A DNA stretch of 64,000 nucleotides from Candidatus Latescibacterota bacterium (GCA_965243025.1 CBDETY010000003.1:1120001-1184000); one strand, 5' to 3'; positions 18,751-29,256 are shown, counted from the stretch's first letter. Translations and numbers: made by a program. Notes: generated from the letters alone by a model not told the origin.

Positions 18751-19091
18751 TTTCGGCCGGTTTCGACCGGTAACAACCAAAATCCCGGCTATGTGAAGAA
18801 TAACCCCAGGCATCCCGGCACAGCACTTTCCCGGCGCAGACCAACCTCTCGGATCGAAGGCACCATTTCCTGCAAACCGAACCGTTGCGCGCGGTTTCAA
18901 GGGTGGCGGGAATGCAGCTTATCCAGCAGTCCGGCCCTGGCGGTCGCACCTGGGATATGGATGACTGGCGGCCCCGGGCCGCCTCTGTAATCCGGAATTC
19001 CGCGAAAATTCCGGGTCGATGGCCGCAACCGATCTTCCTACATTCCCTGCCGGACCCCGCAAGGAAGCAGGACAGACTCACCGGAGAAAGC

Positions 19092-20354
19092 ATGAACCAG
19101 CTCGCCGACCAGCTGTTCGAGGAAATCAGCCGCATCCCGTGCATCAACTCGCACTCCCACCTGATGCCGGAAGCGAACCGCCTCGAGGCGAACCCCGACA
19201 TCCTCGAGTTCTTCAGCCACGCCTACCCCGGCGCCGACCTGCGCTCGGCAGGCATGCCCGAGGAGGAGATGGAGGCCGCCCTGAAGCCGGGCAGGCCGAT
19301 GGGGGAGCGCTGGCATATCTTCGAACCCTGGTGGAGTTCGATCCGGCTGACCGGGTACTCGCAGGCCATTTGCGAGGGGATCGGCGACCTGCTCGGCTTC
19401 GACGAGCTCTCCGCCGGCACGGTGGAGGGGATCTCGAGCGAGCTCGCGCGGCGCAACAGGCCGGGGCTGTACCGCGAGGTGCTGAAAACGCGGGCGAACA
19501 TCGAACGCTCGATCGTCAACATGAACGACCTGGTCGAGGTCGACCGCGAGTTCTTCCTCGGACTGCCGCGCCTGAACCGGTTCAGCATGCTCAACTCGGC
19601 CGCCGACGTCGAGGCCATCGAGGGCGACTACGGGGCCGCCGTCGGCAGTCTCGACGACCACGTCTCCCTCATCCGCAAGGTGTGCGGCGACTGGAAGGCC
19701 GCGGTGGTTGCCGGGATCAAGCTGTCGCAGTCTTATCACCGGCCGATGGATTTCACCGAGCGCAACCGGGAGGAGGCCGCCGCCGTGTACGACGGACTGC
19801 TGCGGGGGGAGTACCCGGGACTCGATTCCCCGGCGGGCCGGGTGCTCGAGGATTACCTCGTTTTCGAGTGCTGCCGCGCCGCCGGCGAGGCCGGCCTGAC
19901 AATCCAGTTTCACATGGGGATGCGGGCCGGCAACTACGGCGGCATGGAGGGCTGCAGCCCGGCCGGGCTCACCGAGCTGATGCGCAGCTTTCCCGAGGCC
20001 CGCTTCGACCTCTCGCACGCAGGCTACCCATACCTGCGGGAAGGGGCGGTCCTCGGCAAGACCTTCCCAAACTGCTTCCTCAACATGTCCTGGATTCACA
20101 TCATCTCCCCCCAGGGTTCCCGGCACGACCTCAAGGAGTGGCTGCGCATGGTGCCGAGCAACAAGATCATCGCCTTCGGAGACGACGTCATGCACGCGGA
20201 GGTGGTGTACGGCCACCTCAAGATGGCGCGCCGGAACTTCGCCGCAGTCCTGGCGGAGATGATCGAAGAGGGTCTGCTGAGCGACTCGCACGCGCTCGAC
20301 GTGGCGCGCGCCGCTTTCCACGACACCCCGGCGGTCGTGTACGACGTCCAGTGA
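19092..20354 (+). CDS. Amidohydrolase family protein (uronate isomerase-like)
   Basis: NSHSH metal motif, IQFHMG, HAGYPY, FGDD. Confidence 0.85.
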   Translation: MNQLADQLFEEISRIPCINSHSHLMPEANRLEANPDILEFFSHAYPGADLRSAGMPEEEMEAALKPGRPMGERWHIFEPWWSSIRLTGYSQAICEGIGDLLGFDELSAGTVEGISSELARRNRPGLYREVLKTRANIERSIVNMNDLVEVDREFFLGLPRLNRFSMLNSAADVEAIEGDYGAAVGSLDDHVSLIRKVCGDWKAAVVAGIKLSQSYHRPMDFTERNREEAAAVYDGLLRGEYPGLDSPAGRVLEDYLVFECCRAAGEAGLTIQFHMGMRAGNYGGMEGCSPAGLTELMRSFPEARFDLSHAGYPYLREGAVLGKTFPNCFLNMSWIHIISPQGSRHDLKEWLRMVPSNKIIAFGDDVMHAEVVYGHLKMARRNFAAVLAEMIEEGLLSDSHALDVARAAFHDTPAVVYDVQ

Positions 20355-20363
20355 GGTCCGGGC

Positions 20364-21146
20364 ATGCCGCGCAGCCTGACGCAGGGGCAGGTCGATTCCT
20401 TCCGGCGCGACGGCTTCCTCGTCGTCGAGGACGTGTTGTCGGCGGCGGAAATCGCCCTGCTGGCGGAACGGACCGACCTGATCGCCTCGGGGGAGGCGGC
20501 GCACATACCCGGTTCCAGCATCCAGCTCGAGCCGGTTTTCCGCGAGGGCAGGCGGGCGGTCGCCGACCGGGTGCTGGCCGTGCGCAAGCTCTACAACATC
20601 GCCGTGTACGACGACGTGCTGTGGGCTCACGTTACCGACGACAGGATCGTCGACATCGCCGCCGACCTGCTGGGAACCGAGGACATCAAGATGTACGCCG
20701 ATCAGCTGTTCATGAAGGGGCCGGAGACCGGCAGCGCCCAGGCCTGGCACCAGGACTCCGCCTCCTGGCGCGACCTCTTCCCGATGGACCTGGTGACCGC
20801 CTGGACCGCCATCGACGCGGCGACCCGGGAAAACGGCTGCCTCGAGTTCGCCGCCGGCACCCATCGCTGGGGCATGATGAGGCGGGAGCAGCTGGCCCCG
20901 CATGTGCCCCACCTCGGGAGCGAGCCCTGGCCGATCGTTCCGGCCCCTCTCGAACCGGGAAGCATCAGCTTTCACCACAGCCTCACCCTGCACCGCAGCG
21001 GGGCCAATCATTCCGAGGCGCGCCGCCGCGGTTACGCCGTGCACTACATGCGGGCGACGACGGTAAGGGACGAAACGGTCACCGACGCCCCCGAGGTGCC
21101 CCCCTATCGCCAGGTGCGGGGGCGATCGTTTCCCGGCTGCGTGTAG
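20364..21146 (+). CDS. PhyH-family Fe(II)/2OG dioxygenase (H-x-D)
   Basis: WHQD, ENGCL...GTH, HHSLTLHRS...RR. Confidence 0.9.
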   Translation: MPRSLTQGQVDSFRRDGFLVVEDVLSAAEIALLAERTDLIASGEAAHIPGSSIQLEPVFREGRRAVADRVLAVRKLYNIAVYDDVLWAHVTDDRIVDIAADLLGTEDIKMYADQLFMKGPETGSAQAWHQDSASWRDLFPMDLVTAWTAIDAATRENGCLEFAAGTHRWGMMRREQLAPHVPHLGSEPWPIVPAPLEPGSISFHHSLTLHRSGANHSEARRRGYAVHYMRATTVRDETVTDAPEVPPYRQVRGRSFPGCV

Positions 21147-21249
21147 TGTCCCGCAGCAGAGATATGTCCCCATCGCAAAGCCGATCCATTTGGATCCGGG
21201 ATTTCCTCCGGGACGCCGGCGACTATTGCGCCATTCGCTGGACACTGCA

Positions 21250-22500
21250 ATGAGCCGGGACTTCGACTGGCTGATCCGGGGCGGGCGGGTGATCGACCCG
21301 GCCAACGGTGTGGACGGCCCCCTGGATGTGGCGATCTCCAACGGCAGGATCGCCGCGGTAGGCGCCGACCTCGACAGCGGCTCCGCCCGCAACACCTGCG
21401 ATGCCGGCGGCAGGCTCGTGACTCCGGGGCTCGTCGACCTGCACACCCACACCTATCACCTGGCGACCCCCCTCGGCATCGACCCCGACCATTACTGTCT
21501 CGGACGCGGGGTCACCACGGCGGTCGACACCGGCAGCGCCGGCTGCGACACCTTCCCCGGCTTCCGGGCCTTCTCGGTGGAGCGCTTCCGCACCCGGGTC
21601 CTGGCGTTTCTCAACATATCGCGGGCCGGCCTCGCCGTCGGCGGGGCGACGGACAAGGACGCGGCCGGGGAGCTGGAGTCGGCGAAGTTCATCCATGCAG
21701 AAGATTGCGCCGCCTGCATCGAGGCGAACCGCGACGTCCTCGTCGGGGTGAAGGTGCGCCTGTCCGCCTCGATCGCCGACAAAGGCCGCAACGAGGCGCT
21801 GGCCTACCGCGAAGCGCGGGAGGCGGCCGCGGCTGCGGGCACGCCGCTGATGGTCCATCACACCTTCTCCACCGTCCCGTTGGAGGATGCTCCGGGACAG
21901 ATGCTGGGCGGCGACGTGTACACCCACTGCTACCACGGGTACGAAAGCACCATCCTCGACCCGGGAACGCGAGCGATCCACCCCTCCGTAACGGAGGCGC
22001 GCGAACGCGGAGTCCTGTTCGATATCGGGCACGGGATGGGTGCGTTCAACTGGACCGTGGCCGAGATTTGTGCCGCCATGGAATTCTGGCCGGACGCGGT
22101 CAGCACCGACATGCACACCCTCACCTGCGAGGGGCCGGGGTACGACCTGCCCACGGTAATGTCCAAGCTCCTCCATGTGGGCATGCCGCTGGAGGAGGTA
22201 ATTCGCGCCTCCACGGTGAACGCCGCGGCGGCCATAGGCTGGCAGGACCGCGTCGGAACGCTGGGAGTCGGGCGGGAAGCGGACGTTGCGGTGCTCGCTC
22301 TCAACGAAGTGGATGTCGAGCTGGAGGACTGTCAGGGGCAGACGCGGCGCCTCTCCCGGCGCCTCGAGGCCGAGGCGGTCTGGAGGGCGGGGGAGCCGGC
22401 CGCAATCACCAGGCCGGAGCAGTGGCCGAATCCCGGGAACGCCGAGAAGGCCAGGGCCGGGTGGCCGCAGCTTCTGATCCGGGACGACACTCCGCCGTAA
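21250..22500 (+). CDS. Dihydroorotase-like amidohydrolase/deacetylase family metallohydrolase
   Basis: PGLVDLHTH, GVTTAVDTGSAG, GVKVRLS, FDIGHG, STDMH. Confidence 0.9.
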   Translation: MSRDFDWLIRGGRVIDPANGVDGPLDVAISNGRIAAVGADLDSGSARNTCDAGGRLVTPGLVDLHTHTYHLATPLGIDPDHYCLGRGVTTAVDTGSAGCDTFPGFRAFSVERFRTRVLAFLNISRAGLAVGGATDKDAAGELESAKFIHAEDCAACIEANRDVLVGVKVRLSASIADKGRNEALAYREAREAAAAAGTPLMVHHTFSTVPLEDAPGQMLGGDVYTHCYHGYESTILDPGTRAIHPSVTEARERGVLFDIGHGMGAFNWTVAEICAAMEFWPDAVSTDMHTLTCEGPGYDLPTVMSKLLHVGMPLEEVIRASTVNAAAAIGWQDRVGTLGVGREADVAVLALNEVDVELEDCQGQTRRLSRRLEAEAVWRAGEPAAITRPEQWPNPGNAEKARAGWPQLLIRDDTPP

Positions 22501-22602
22501 TGTATGCGCCCCCGCACACCCCGGGACGACCGGCCAGGGCAACCTTGCGCGCCGGGCGCATCGGGGCTCTCGTTTCGCACGCTGACTTTCACGCGCAGGC
22601 AC
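22500..22602. mobile_element. Degenerate, internally deleted copy of the stop-codon-associated MITE-like repeat
   Basis: CCTTGCGCGCCGGGCGCA...CTCGTT...CGCGCAGGCAC matches the right half of 34628-34770; begins at the upstream TAA. Confidence 0.55.
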
Positions 22603-22626
22603 TGACCGCAGCGGAAGGGACCTGAA

Positions 22627-23442
22627 ATGTTCGATTTCGGCGGAAAGAATGCCGTGATAACCGGGGCCGGGGGAGCGATCGGCGGCGAGATCGCCCGCGG
22701 TCTCGCAGGTGCCGGGGCCAGGGTGGCGATCTGGGACATCTCGGAGGAGGCGGGCCGGAACAAGGCGGAGGAGATAAACGGACAGTCCCCGGCCGGAGAG
22801 GTCGCGGCCGTCCGGTGCGACGCCATGTCGAGGGAGAGCGTCGCCGCGGCCCTGGAGGAAACCCTCGACCGGTTCGGCACCGTGCACCAGCTCGTCAACG
22901 GCGCCGGCGGCAGCCATCCCACCACGACCACCTCCCCGGACCTCGAGTTCTTCGACATCGAACCGGAGAACGTCAGGAAGGTGATGGACCTCAACTACCT
23001 GACCGGGGTGATCCCCTCCCAGGCGGTCGGCCGGGTGTTCGCGGAGAACGAGGAGGGGGCGGTGGTCAACATCACCTCGATCGGGGGCGGCCTGCCCCTG
23101 GGGAGGGCGCTCGCCTATTCGAACGGCAAGGCGGCCGCCGACAGCTTCACGCGCTGGCTCGCCGTGCACATGGCCTCGACCTACTCCCCCAACATCCGCG
23201 TCAACGCCATCGCCCCCGGGTTCATGATAACCAACCAGAACCGCTTCCTGCTGCTCGACGAACGGACGCAGCAGCTGACCGAGCGGGGGGAGACGGTGGT
23301 GAAGAACGTGCCGATGGGGCGTTTCGGGGATCCTGTCGAGATAGTGGGCGCGGCCCTGTGGCTGCTGTCGGACCAGGCGACCTTCGTCACCGGGGCGGTC
23401 ATCCCGGTGGACGGCGGGTTCTCCGCCAACTGCGGGGTGTGA
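22627..23442 (+). CDS. SDR oxidoreductase (D-mannonate oxidoreductase-like)
   Basis: TGAGGAIG, NGAGG, YSNGK, NAIAPGF. Confidence 0.9.
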   Translation: MFDFGGKNAVITGAGGAIGGEIARGLAGAGARVAIWDISEEAGRNKAEEINGQSPAGEVAAVRCDAMSRESVAAALEETLDRFGTVHQLVNGAGGSHPTTTTSPDLEFFDIEPENVRKVMDLNYLTGVIPSQAVGRVFAENEEGAVVNITSIGGGLPLGRALAYSNGKAAADSFTRWLAVHMASTYSPNIRVNAIAPGFMITNQNRFLLLDERTQQLTERGETVVKNVPMGRFGDPVEIVGAALWLLSDQATFVTGAVIPVDGGFSANCGV

Positions 23443-24461
23443 TGGCGGCGGGAGAGGCCCGGTCGGTCCCCGGATCGGTGAAGCGCGTCGGGGTGATCAT
23501 CCCGACGCGCCTGCGCCGGGATCTGTTCCGGGCCGCTGACGAGGAGCGGTTGGACCGGTTGGCCGAGGTCACCTGGACCGATTCGGCGGAAAACCTGACG
23601 GTGCCGGAAGCCGTAGCCCTGCTGTCGGGGTGTCACGTCGGGGTCGGTTCCTGGGGGACGCCCTACCCGGATGCCGGGCTGATGGCGGGATGCCCCGATC
23701 TCGAGCTCTGGGTCCACGGGGCGGGTACGGTCAAGCACATGTTCGGCCCGCACCTGGAGGGGCGGCGCCTGACCATTGCCTCGTGCGCCCCGGCGATCGC
23801 CGAAAACGTCGCCGAGATCACCCTGGCGCAGCTGATCGTCGGGCTGCGGCTCACCCTCGAGAACGGCGCGGCGAACCGCGCCGGGCCCGCGCCGCGGCCG
23901 CAGAGCAGCAGGACCCTTGCGCAGTCGACGGTCGGGGTGATCGGGGCCTCGCTGGTGGGCCGCAGGGTCGTCCGCAACCTGCGGCCGTTCTCACCGAGAA
24001 TCCTGCTGTACGACCCTTTTCTCGGCGGCGGGGAGGCGGCGGAGCTCGGGGTCGAGCCGGTCCCGGATCTCGTCGAGCTCTGCTCCCGGTCCGACGCGGT
24101 GACCCTCCATACGCCGGCCCTGCCGGCAACAGCAAAACTGATGGGGGCTTCCCAGTTCCGGGCGATGAGGGACGACGCCCTGTTCATCAACACGTCACGG
24201 GGCATGTGCGTCGATGAAGAGGCCCTCGCCGACGAGCTGGCCAAAGGGCGGCTGTTCGCCTTCCTCGACGTGTCGGATCCGGAGCCGGCCGCCCCCGACA
24301 GCCCGTTGCGGCGCCTTCCCAACGTCGTGTACAACTCCCACCTTGCCGGCGGCAGGGACTGGAAGATCGGCCGTCAGGTGGTCGACGATATCGAGGCGTA
24401 CCTGAACGGCGGCAGCCCCCTGCACCCGGTGACCGCCGACATGCTGGAGCGGATCGCCTGA
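23442..24461 (+). CDS. D-isomer-specific 2-hydroxyacid dehydrogenase family protein
   Basis: VGVIGASLVG, LHTP, FINTSRG, LDVSDPEP, SHLAG. Confidence 0.9.
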   Translation: MAAGEARSVPGSVKRVGVIIPTRLRRDLFRAADEERLDRLAEVTWTDSAENLTVPEAVALLSGCHVGVGSWGTPYPDAGLMAGCPDLELWVHGAGTVKHMFGPHLEGRRLTIASCAPAIAENVAEITLAQLIVGLRLTLENGAANRAGPAPRPQSSRTLAQSTVGVIGASLVGRRVVRNLRPFSPRILLYDPFLGGGEAAELGVEPVPDLVELCSRSDAVTLHTPALPATAKLMGASQFRAMRDDALFINTSRGMCVDEEALADELAKGRLFAFLDVSDPEPAAPDSPLRRLPNVVYNSHLAGGRDWKIGRQVVDDIEAYLNGGSPLHPVTADMLERIA

Positions 24462-24508
24462 GGCGGCCGGCTCTGGTATCCCGAGGTCCGGAAGCGAAAA
24501 CCGCGATC

Positions 24509-25276
24509 ATGATCGATATCGAACATTTCCGGGAAAAAGGGTACCTCACCGGGCTGGAGGCCTTCCGCCCCGGGGAGCGTCCGCACCTGCTCGCCGTGTA
24601 CCGGCGCCTGCGGGCGCTGCTGCCTCCGGGGGTGCCCGCCGACCGCATGGACTGGTGGCACGGGCGCGACCGGGAGTTCTGGGAGATCTGCCGCGCCCCC
24701 CGCATCCTCGACTGGGTGGAGGAGATCCTGGGACCGGACTTCTACCTCTGGGGATCCCAGTTCTTCTGCAAGGACCCCGGGGACGCCCGCACCGTGCCCT
24801 GGCACCAGGACGCCTTCTACTGGCCGCTGTCGCCGCCGCGGTCGCTGACCGTCTGGGTGGCGGTGTCGGATGTCGACGAGGGGAACGGCGCCATGCAGGT
24901 GCTGCCCCGGACCCACGGGGAAAAGCTCCCCCACGCGGCAACCGGCCGGGAAGGGGACGTCCTCGACTCCGGCATCGACCCCGGTGCCATCGACCCCTCC
25001 GGGGCGGTATCGCTGGTGCTCGAGGCCGGGCAGGCGAGCATCCACGACGACCGCATCGCCCACGGCTCCGGGCCGAACCGGTCGGGGCGGCCACGCCTGG
25101 GGCTGACGATCCGGTTTTCGGCCGGGGAAGTCAGGTGCGACACCTCCGTATGGCCTTTCTTCAAGGCTTTCTGGTGCCGCGGACGCGACCGCTGGGGCCA
25201 CAACCCGGCCGGGGCGCCGCCGACGTCCAACATGAGCGAATTCGAGAATGTGACCCCGGGAACCGCCGAGCGCTAG
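24509..25276 (+). CDS. PhyH-family Fe(II)/2OG dioxygenase (H-x-D)
   Basis: PWHQD, GNGAM, HDDRIAHGSGPNRSGRPR. Confidence 0.9.
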   Translation: MIDIEHFREKGYLTGLEAFRPGERPHLLAVYRRLRALLPPGVPADRMDWWHGRDREFWEICRAPRILDWVEEILGPDFYLWGSQFFCKDPGDARTVPWHQDAFYWPLSPPRSLTVWVAVSDVDEGNGAMQVLPRTHGEKLPHAATGREGDVLDSGIDPGAIDPSGAVSLVLEAGQASIHDDRIAHGSGPNRSGRPRLGLTIRFSAGEVRCDTSVWPFFKAFWCRGRDRWGHNPAGAPPTSNMSEFENVTPGTAER

Positions 25277-25305
25277 CAATCTCGGCCTGCAGGAGAGGAG
25301 ATACC

Positions 25306-26118
25306 GTGACTGCGAATACCAATGGCCATGCCGATGTCGTTCCGATGACGGAGGAACAGAAGTTCGTCTTCGATCTCAAGGGCTGGATCGCCATCCCCGG
25401 CGTCCTCGACGACGACGAGATAGAAGCGGTGAAGGCCCACGTCATCGCCCTGAAGGAGGACCCCGATTCGCTCGACCCGCTGGAGCGCTACGCGGTGGGC
25501 GGCCCCTCGCAGATCCTTCTCGACCACCCGGTGGTGGTCGGGGTGCTGCGGGAGATACTCGCCGGGGACCGCGGCGAGGACTGCTACGGCTTCCGCTGCG
25601 AGAACGGCTTCAACATGGTGCGCCGCAGCGATTTCAAGGGACTCGCTCCGCACGGTGGCGGGGTCGGCACCGGCATGTTCGCCTACCAGTGCGTCAACCG
25701 GGCGATCTTCAGCGGCCTGACCCGCGTCGTCTGGGAGCTGAACCCGGTCGAGGAAGGGGACGGGGGCACCCTCTTCATGTCCGGGTCGCACAAGGCGAAC
25801 TTCCCGATTCACCAAGACCACCGGAACCTGGACTCGCCGCTCTTCGAGTCGTACGTCTGCCCGCCCGGGTCGGTGGTGATTTTCTCGGAGAGCGTCTGTC
25901 ACGCCGGTCCGCTCTGGACCAACGAGGAACGGCCGCGCATCGCCGTGTTCAACTGCTACAGCCGCGCCGAGTCCCAGTACCACAAGACCAACCTGCCCCT
26001 CGAGGTCATACGGACCATGCCCCCGAAGCGGCAGACCCTGTTCCGCGGGGTCTGGGTGCACGATTTCTCGCGCGGCCAGCCGAACGACTACTTCGACCCC
26101 GAAAACCTGGCACTGTAG
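25306..26118 (+). CDS. PhyH-like dioxygenase, atypical H-G-G motif
   Basis: RBS AGGAGAGGAG; FDLKGW, PHGGG, GGTLFMSGSHK, FSESVCHAG...R. Confidence 0.85.
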   Translation: MTANTNGHADVVPMTEEQKFVFDLKGWIAIPGVLDDDEIEAVKAHVIALKEDPDSLDPLERYAVGGPSQILLDHPVVVGVLREILAGDRGEDCYGFRCENGFNMVRRSDFKGLAPHGGGVGTGMFAYQCVNRAIFSGLTRVVWELNPVEEGDGGTLFMSGSHKANFPIHQDHRNLDSPLFESYVCPPGSVVIFSESVCHAGPLWTNEERPRIAVFNCYSRAESQYHKTNLPLEVIRTMPPKRQTLFRGVWVHDFSRGQPNDYFDPENLAL

Positions 26119-26277
26119 TGGCTTCCCGCACGAGTCCGAGCAGGTGCGAAGGCGACGATGCCCCCGGCTCGCAAGGGTCTGAGCGAGTCTTACGAGGTGA
26201 GTACGGCCGGGGAATGCAACACCGCGAGCCGGGATGCATCCGGGGGCGAATTCATCCGGACTTGCGCACGCAGGAAC
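26118..26277. mobile_element. MITE-like repeat copy (opposite orientation to 34628-34770)
   Basis: CCCGGCTCGCAAGG...GAGCGAGTC...TACGGCC...CAAC aligns with the reverse complement of 34628-34770; internal dyad CCCGGCTCGC/GCGAGCCGGG; begins at the upstream TAG. Confidence 0.6.
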
Positions 26278-26282
26278 TGACA

Positions 26283-27473
26283 ATGAGCAACCCCAACGTG
26301 GAGCCGCTGGCCCAGGATTTCGTCGTCGCCGCCAGGGTCCCCGACCACACCGGCTTCTTCTTCCACGACCCCAACCTCGGCCGGCTTACCGACGGCACCC
26401 TGCTGATCGCCGCCCCCCAGTGGCCGCGCCCCGGCGTGCGGGCCCGGCGCGAGCTGCGCATTTCCCGCAGCGGCGACGGCGGCCGCAGCTGGCAGGAACT
26501 CGACACGCTGCCGTACCAGGAAGGGATCCCGTTCGAGCTCGACGGCGAGCTGCTGATGTTCGTCCAGGAGGAGAGCCACCGGGACGTCGAGATCGTCGCC
26601 AGCGGCGACCGCGGGGGCACGTGGAGCGAGCCGGTCACCGTGCTGGAAGGTCCGCTGTGGAACATCTCCACGGCGCGGGTGGTGCGCGGCGACCGCATCT
26701 TCTGGGCCGTCGACCGCGACCTGCCGGGAGTCGGGCACGGCGGCAAGACCATGCTGACCTGCGACCGAAGCCGGTCCCCTCTCGACCCGGCGGCCTGGAG
26801 CGTTTCCAACGTCGTCGAACCGCCCGAGTTGCCCGCGGCGCTGACGCGCAATCTCTACCCCCGGGGAGAGGACCCCCGGGTGTTCCCCTACTGGAGCGGC
26901 GACTTCAAATGGCTCGAGCCGAACACCGTCGACGTCGGCGGCCGCATCCGCGTCTTCGCGCGCACCGTCATCGACCAGTACGCCTCCGCCCACCTCGCCG
27001 CGGTCCTCGACTACGACGAGGAGGAGAACCGCCTGAGCTTCACGCAGCTGGCCGCCTGGCCGGGAGGGCAGTGCAAGTTCTTCATCCTTCCGGACGAGGA
27101 ACACCGGCGCTACTGGATGCTCGGCAACCTCGTCACCAACTCCCAGGACCTGCTCGGCTGGGGGCCGCGCCTGCGCGAATCCGGGTTTCACGGCGGTCCG
27201 GGGAACGAGCGGCGCTGGCTGTTCCTCCACTACAGCATCGACTGCCTGAACTGGTTTCCCGCCGGATGCGTGGCGCGCTGGCCCGGCTCGGTCCTGCGCA
27301 GCTTCATGTACCCGAGCGCGGTGATCGACGGCGACGACCTCGTCGTCCTCTCCCGCAGCACCCGCGACTCGGGAGATCAGCACGACGCCGACCTGTGCAC
27401 GATCCACCGGGTGCGCGATTTCCGCTCCCTGGCGATGGACCTCCACCGCGGCGGACTGCACGAAAGGAGCTGA
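26283..27473 (+). CDS. Sialidase-like BNR/Asp-box beta-propeller protein
   Basis: Asp boxes SGDGGRSW and SGDRGGTW. Confidence 0.8.
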   Translation: MSNPNVEPLAQDFVVAARVPDHTGFFFHDPNLGRLTDGTLLIAAPQWPRPGVRARRELRISRSGDGGRSWQELDTLPYQEGIPFELDGELLMFVQEESHRDVEIVASGDRGGTWSEPVTVLEGPLWNISTARVVRGDRIFWAVDRDLPGVGHGGKTMLTCDRSRSPLDPAAWSVSNVVEPPELPAALTRNLYPRGEDPRVFPYWSGDFKWLEPNTVDVGGRIRVFARTVIDQYASAHLAAVLDYDEEENRLSFTQLAAWPGGQCKFFILPDEEHRRYWMLGNLVTNSQDLLGWGPRLRESGFHGGPGNERRWLFLHYSIDCLNWFPAGCVARWPGSVLRSFMYPSAVIDGDDLVVLSRSTRDSGDQHDADLCTIHRVRDFRSLAMDLHRGGLHERS

Positions 27474-27474
27474 G

Positions 27475-28755
27475 GTGTCCGCCGCGACCGGCCTGAAATG
27501 CTACACCGACGACTGGCAGCGGACCGGGCCGGACTGCGTCGTCCATCTGCCGGAGAGGCCGGGCATGTGGGAGTACGCCGACCATGTCCACGTGTTCCAC
27601 ACCCCCGGCGGCGACATGATGTGCATCTGGACCCAGGGCAGCTTCGAGAGCTCTCCCGACACCCGCATCGTCTCGTCCCGCAGCGGCGACGGCGGCCGCA
27701 CCTGGACTCCCTGCGCCCCGATCGCCGAGGCCGAGGGCCCCAACCTGACCCCGGGGCTCGCCTTCCCCCTGGTCAGCCGCTCCGGCCGCCTCTACTGCCT
27801 CTACAACAGGCACCGCGGCGTCGGCGACATGGGGATCTGGGCCGGCCCCATGCGCGTGCTGGTCTCCGACGACGACGGCCGCACCTGGGAGGACAGCGGC
27901 GTCGAGCACCCGTACCGGCGCACCGCGTACGACCACCCCGATCCCGCCGTACCCCCGGAGTGCATCGTCTGGCAGCAGCCGGTCCGCGACGCCGGGGACC
28001 GCCTGGTCACCGGCTTCAGCCGCTGGAGCAGCGTGATGGTCTATCCCAGGCCGATGGGGGGCAACCGCTTCCATTACGACACCCAGTGTGAGCTGATGCG
28101 CTTCGACAACATCGACGAGGGCCCGGACGCGGCCGACATCGAGATCACCTGGCTGCCGGACGAGGAGGGGACCCTGCGGGTATCCTGCGGCATCGAGCCG
28201 GACGCCTCGCGCGGCTACAGCCTGGCCGAGGAGCCGGCCGTCGCCCTGCTGCCGGACGGACGCCTGTGGATGAACATGCGCACCGTCACCGGGCGCATCT
28301 GGTACAGCGTCTCGGAGGACGACGGGCACTCCTGGAGGGAACCGGAGGTGCTGCGCTACCGCGACGGCGGCGCCGAGGTCCTGCACCCGAAGTCGCCCGA
28401 CCCGCTGTACCGCCTCGGGGACGGCCGCTACCTGCTTTTCTACCACAACCGCGACGGCTTCGATCAGAACGACACCGGTCCCTGGGACATGGAGGCGCGG
28501 CGGCCGCTGTGGCTGGCGGTGGGGGAGTTCCGCCCCGGCGCCCGCCAGCCGCTCTGGTTCAGCGAGCCCAGGCTGCTGATGGACACGCAGCGGGTGAAGG
28601 CCGGGGTCACGGCCCTGACCTGGCTCGCCATGTACGCCAGCCTGACCGAGCGGGAGGGCAGGCGGATCTTCTGGTACGCCGACCGCAAGCAGTTCGTGCT
28701 CGGAAAGGAGATCCCCGACGGGCTGCTCGCCGGCATGAGCGTGCCGGAGTCCTGA
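27475..28755 (+). CDS. Sialidase-like BNR/Asp-box beta-propeller protein
   Basis: Asp boxes SGDGGRTW, SDDDGRTW, SEDDGHSW; EEPAV...MRT. Confidence 0.85.
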   Translation: MSAATGLKCYTDDWQRTGPDCVVHLPERPGMWEYADHVHVFHTPGGDMMCIWTQGSFESSPDTRIVSSRSGDGGRTWTPCAPIAEAEGPNLTPGLAFPLVSRSGRLYCLYNRHRGVGDMGIWAGPMRVLVSDDDGRTWEDSGVEHPYRRTAYDHPDPAVPPECIVWQQPVRDAGDRLVTGFSRWSSVMVYPRPMGGNRFHYDTQCELMRFDNIDEGPDAADIEITWLPDEEGTLRVSCGIEPDASRGYSLAEEPAVALLPDGRLWMNMRTVTGRIWYSVSEDDGHSWREPEVLRYRDGGAEVLHPKSPDPLYRLGDGRYLLFYHNRDGFDQNDTGPWDMEARRPLWLAVGEFRPGARQPLWFSEPRLLMDTQRVKAGVTALTWLAMYASLTEREGRRIFWYADRKQFVLGKEIPDGLLAGMSVPES

Positions 28756-28758
28756 GGA

Positions 28759-29256
28759 ATGGCCGTTCCGCAAGCGCCCCGCACCCGCGTCGTCGAGACC
28801 CTGGACCGGCAGGGGATTCCCTACCGCCTGCTGCCCCACGGCAGGGAGGTGTTCACCGTGGAGGAAGCGGCCGGGCAGCGCGACGTGCTCATGGAGGAGA
28901 TGGTCAAGTCGATCCTGCTGCGCGACAGGAAGCGGCGGTTCGTCATGGCCTGCGTGCGCGGCGACATGCGCGTCGACCCGAAGGCGGTGCGCGCCGTCCT
29001 TGCGGACGGATTCGGCCGCCTGCAGTTCGCCTCGGCCGGCGAGATCAGGGAGATTACCGGCAGCGTGCAGGGAGCGGTGGCCCCGGTCGGCCTTCCCGAG
29101 GAAGTCCCGGTGGTCTTCGACGGGGTCATCGCCCGCTGCGAGCGCGTCAACCTCAGCAGCGGAGACCCGGCGATGGGCCTGGAGATGAAGGGGAGCGACC
29201 TGCTCGCGGTCAGCCGCGCGACCATCGCCGCCATCGCCGAGCCGCCGGAGGGATGA
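28759..29256 (+). CDS. YbaK/EbsC family aminoacyl-tRNA deacylase-like protein
   Basis: MVKSILL, TGSVQGAVAPVGL, SSG motif. Confidence 0.85.
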   Translation: MAVPQAPRTRVVETLDRQGIPYRLLPHGREVFTVEEAAGQRDVLMEEMVKSILLRDRKRRFVMACVRGDMRVDPKAVRAVLADGFGRLQFASAGEIREITGSVQGAVAPVGLPEEVPVVFDGVIARCERVNLSSGDPAMGLEMKGSDLLAVSRATIAAIAEPPEG

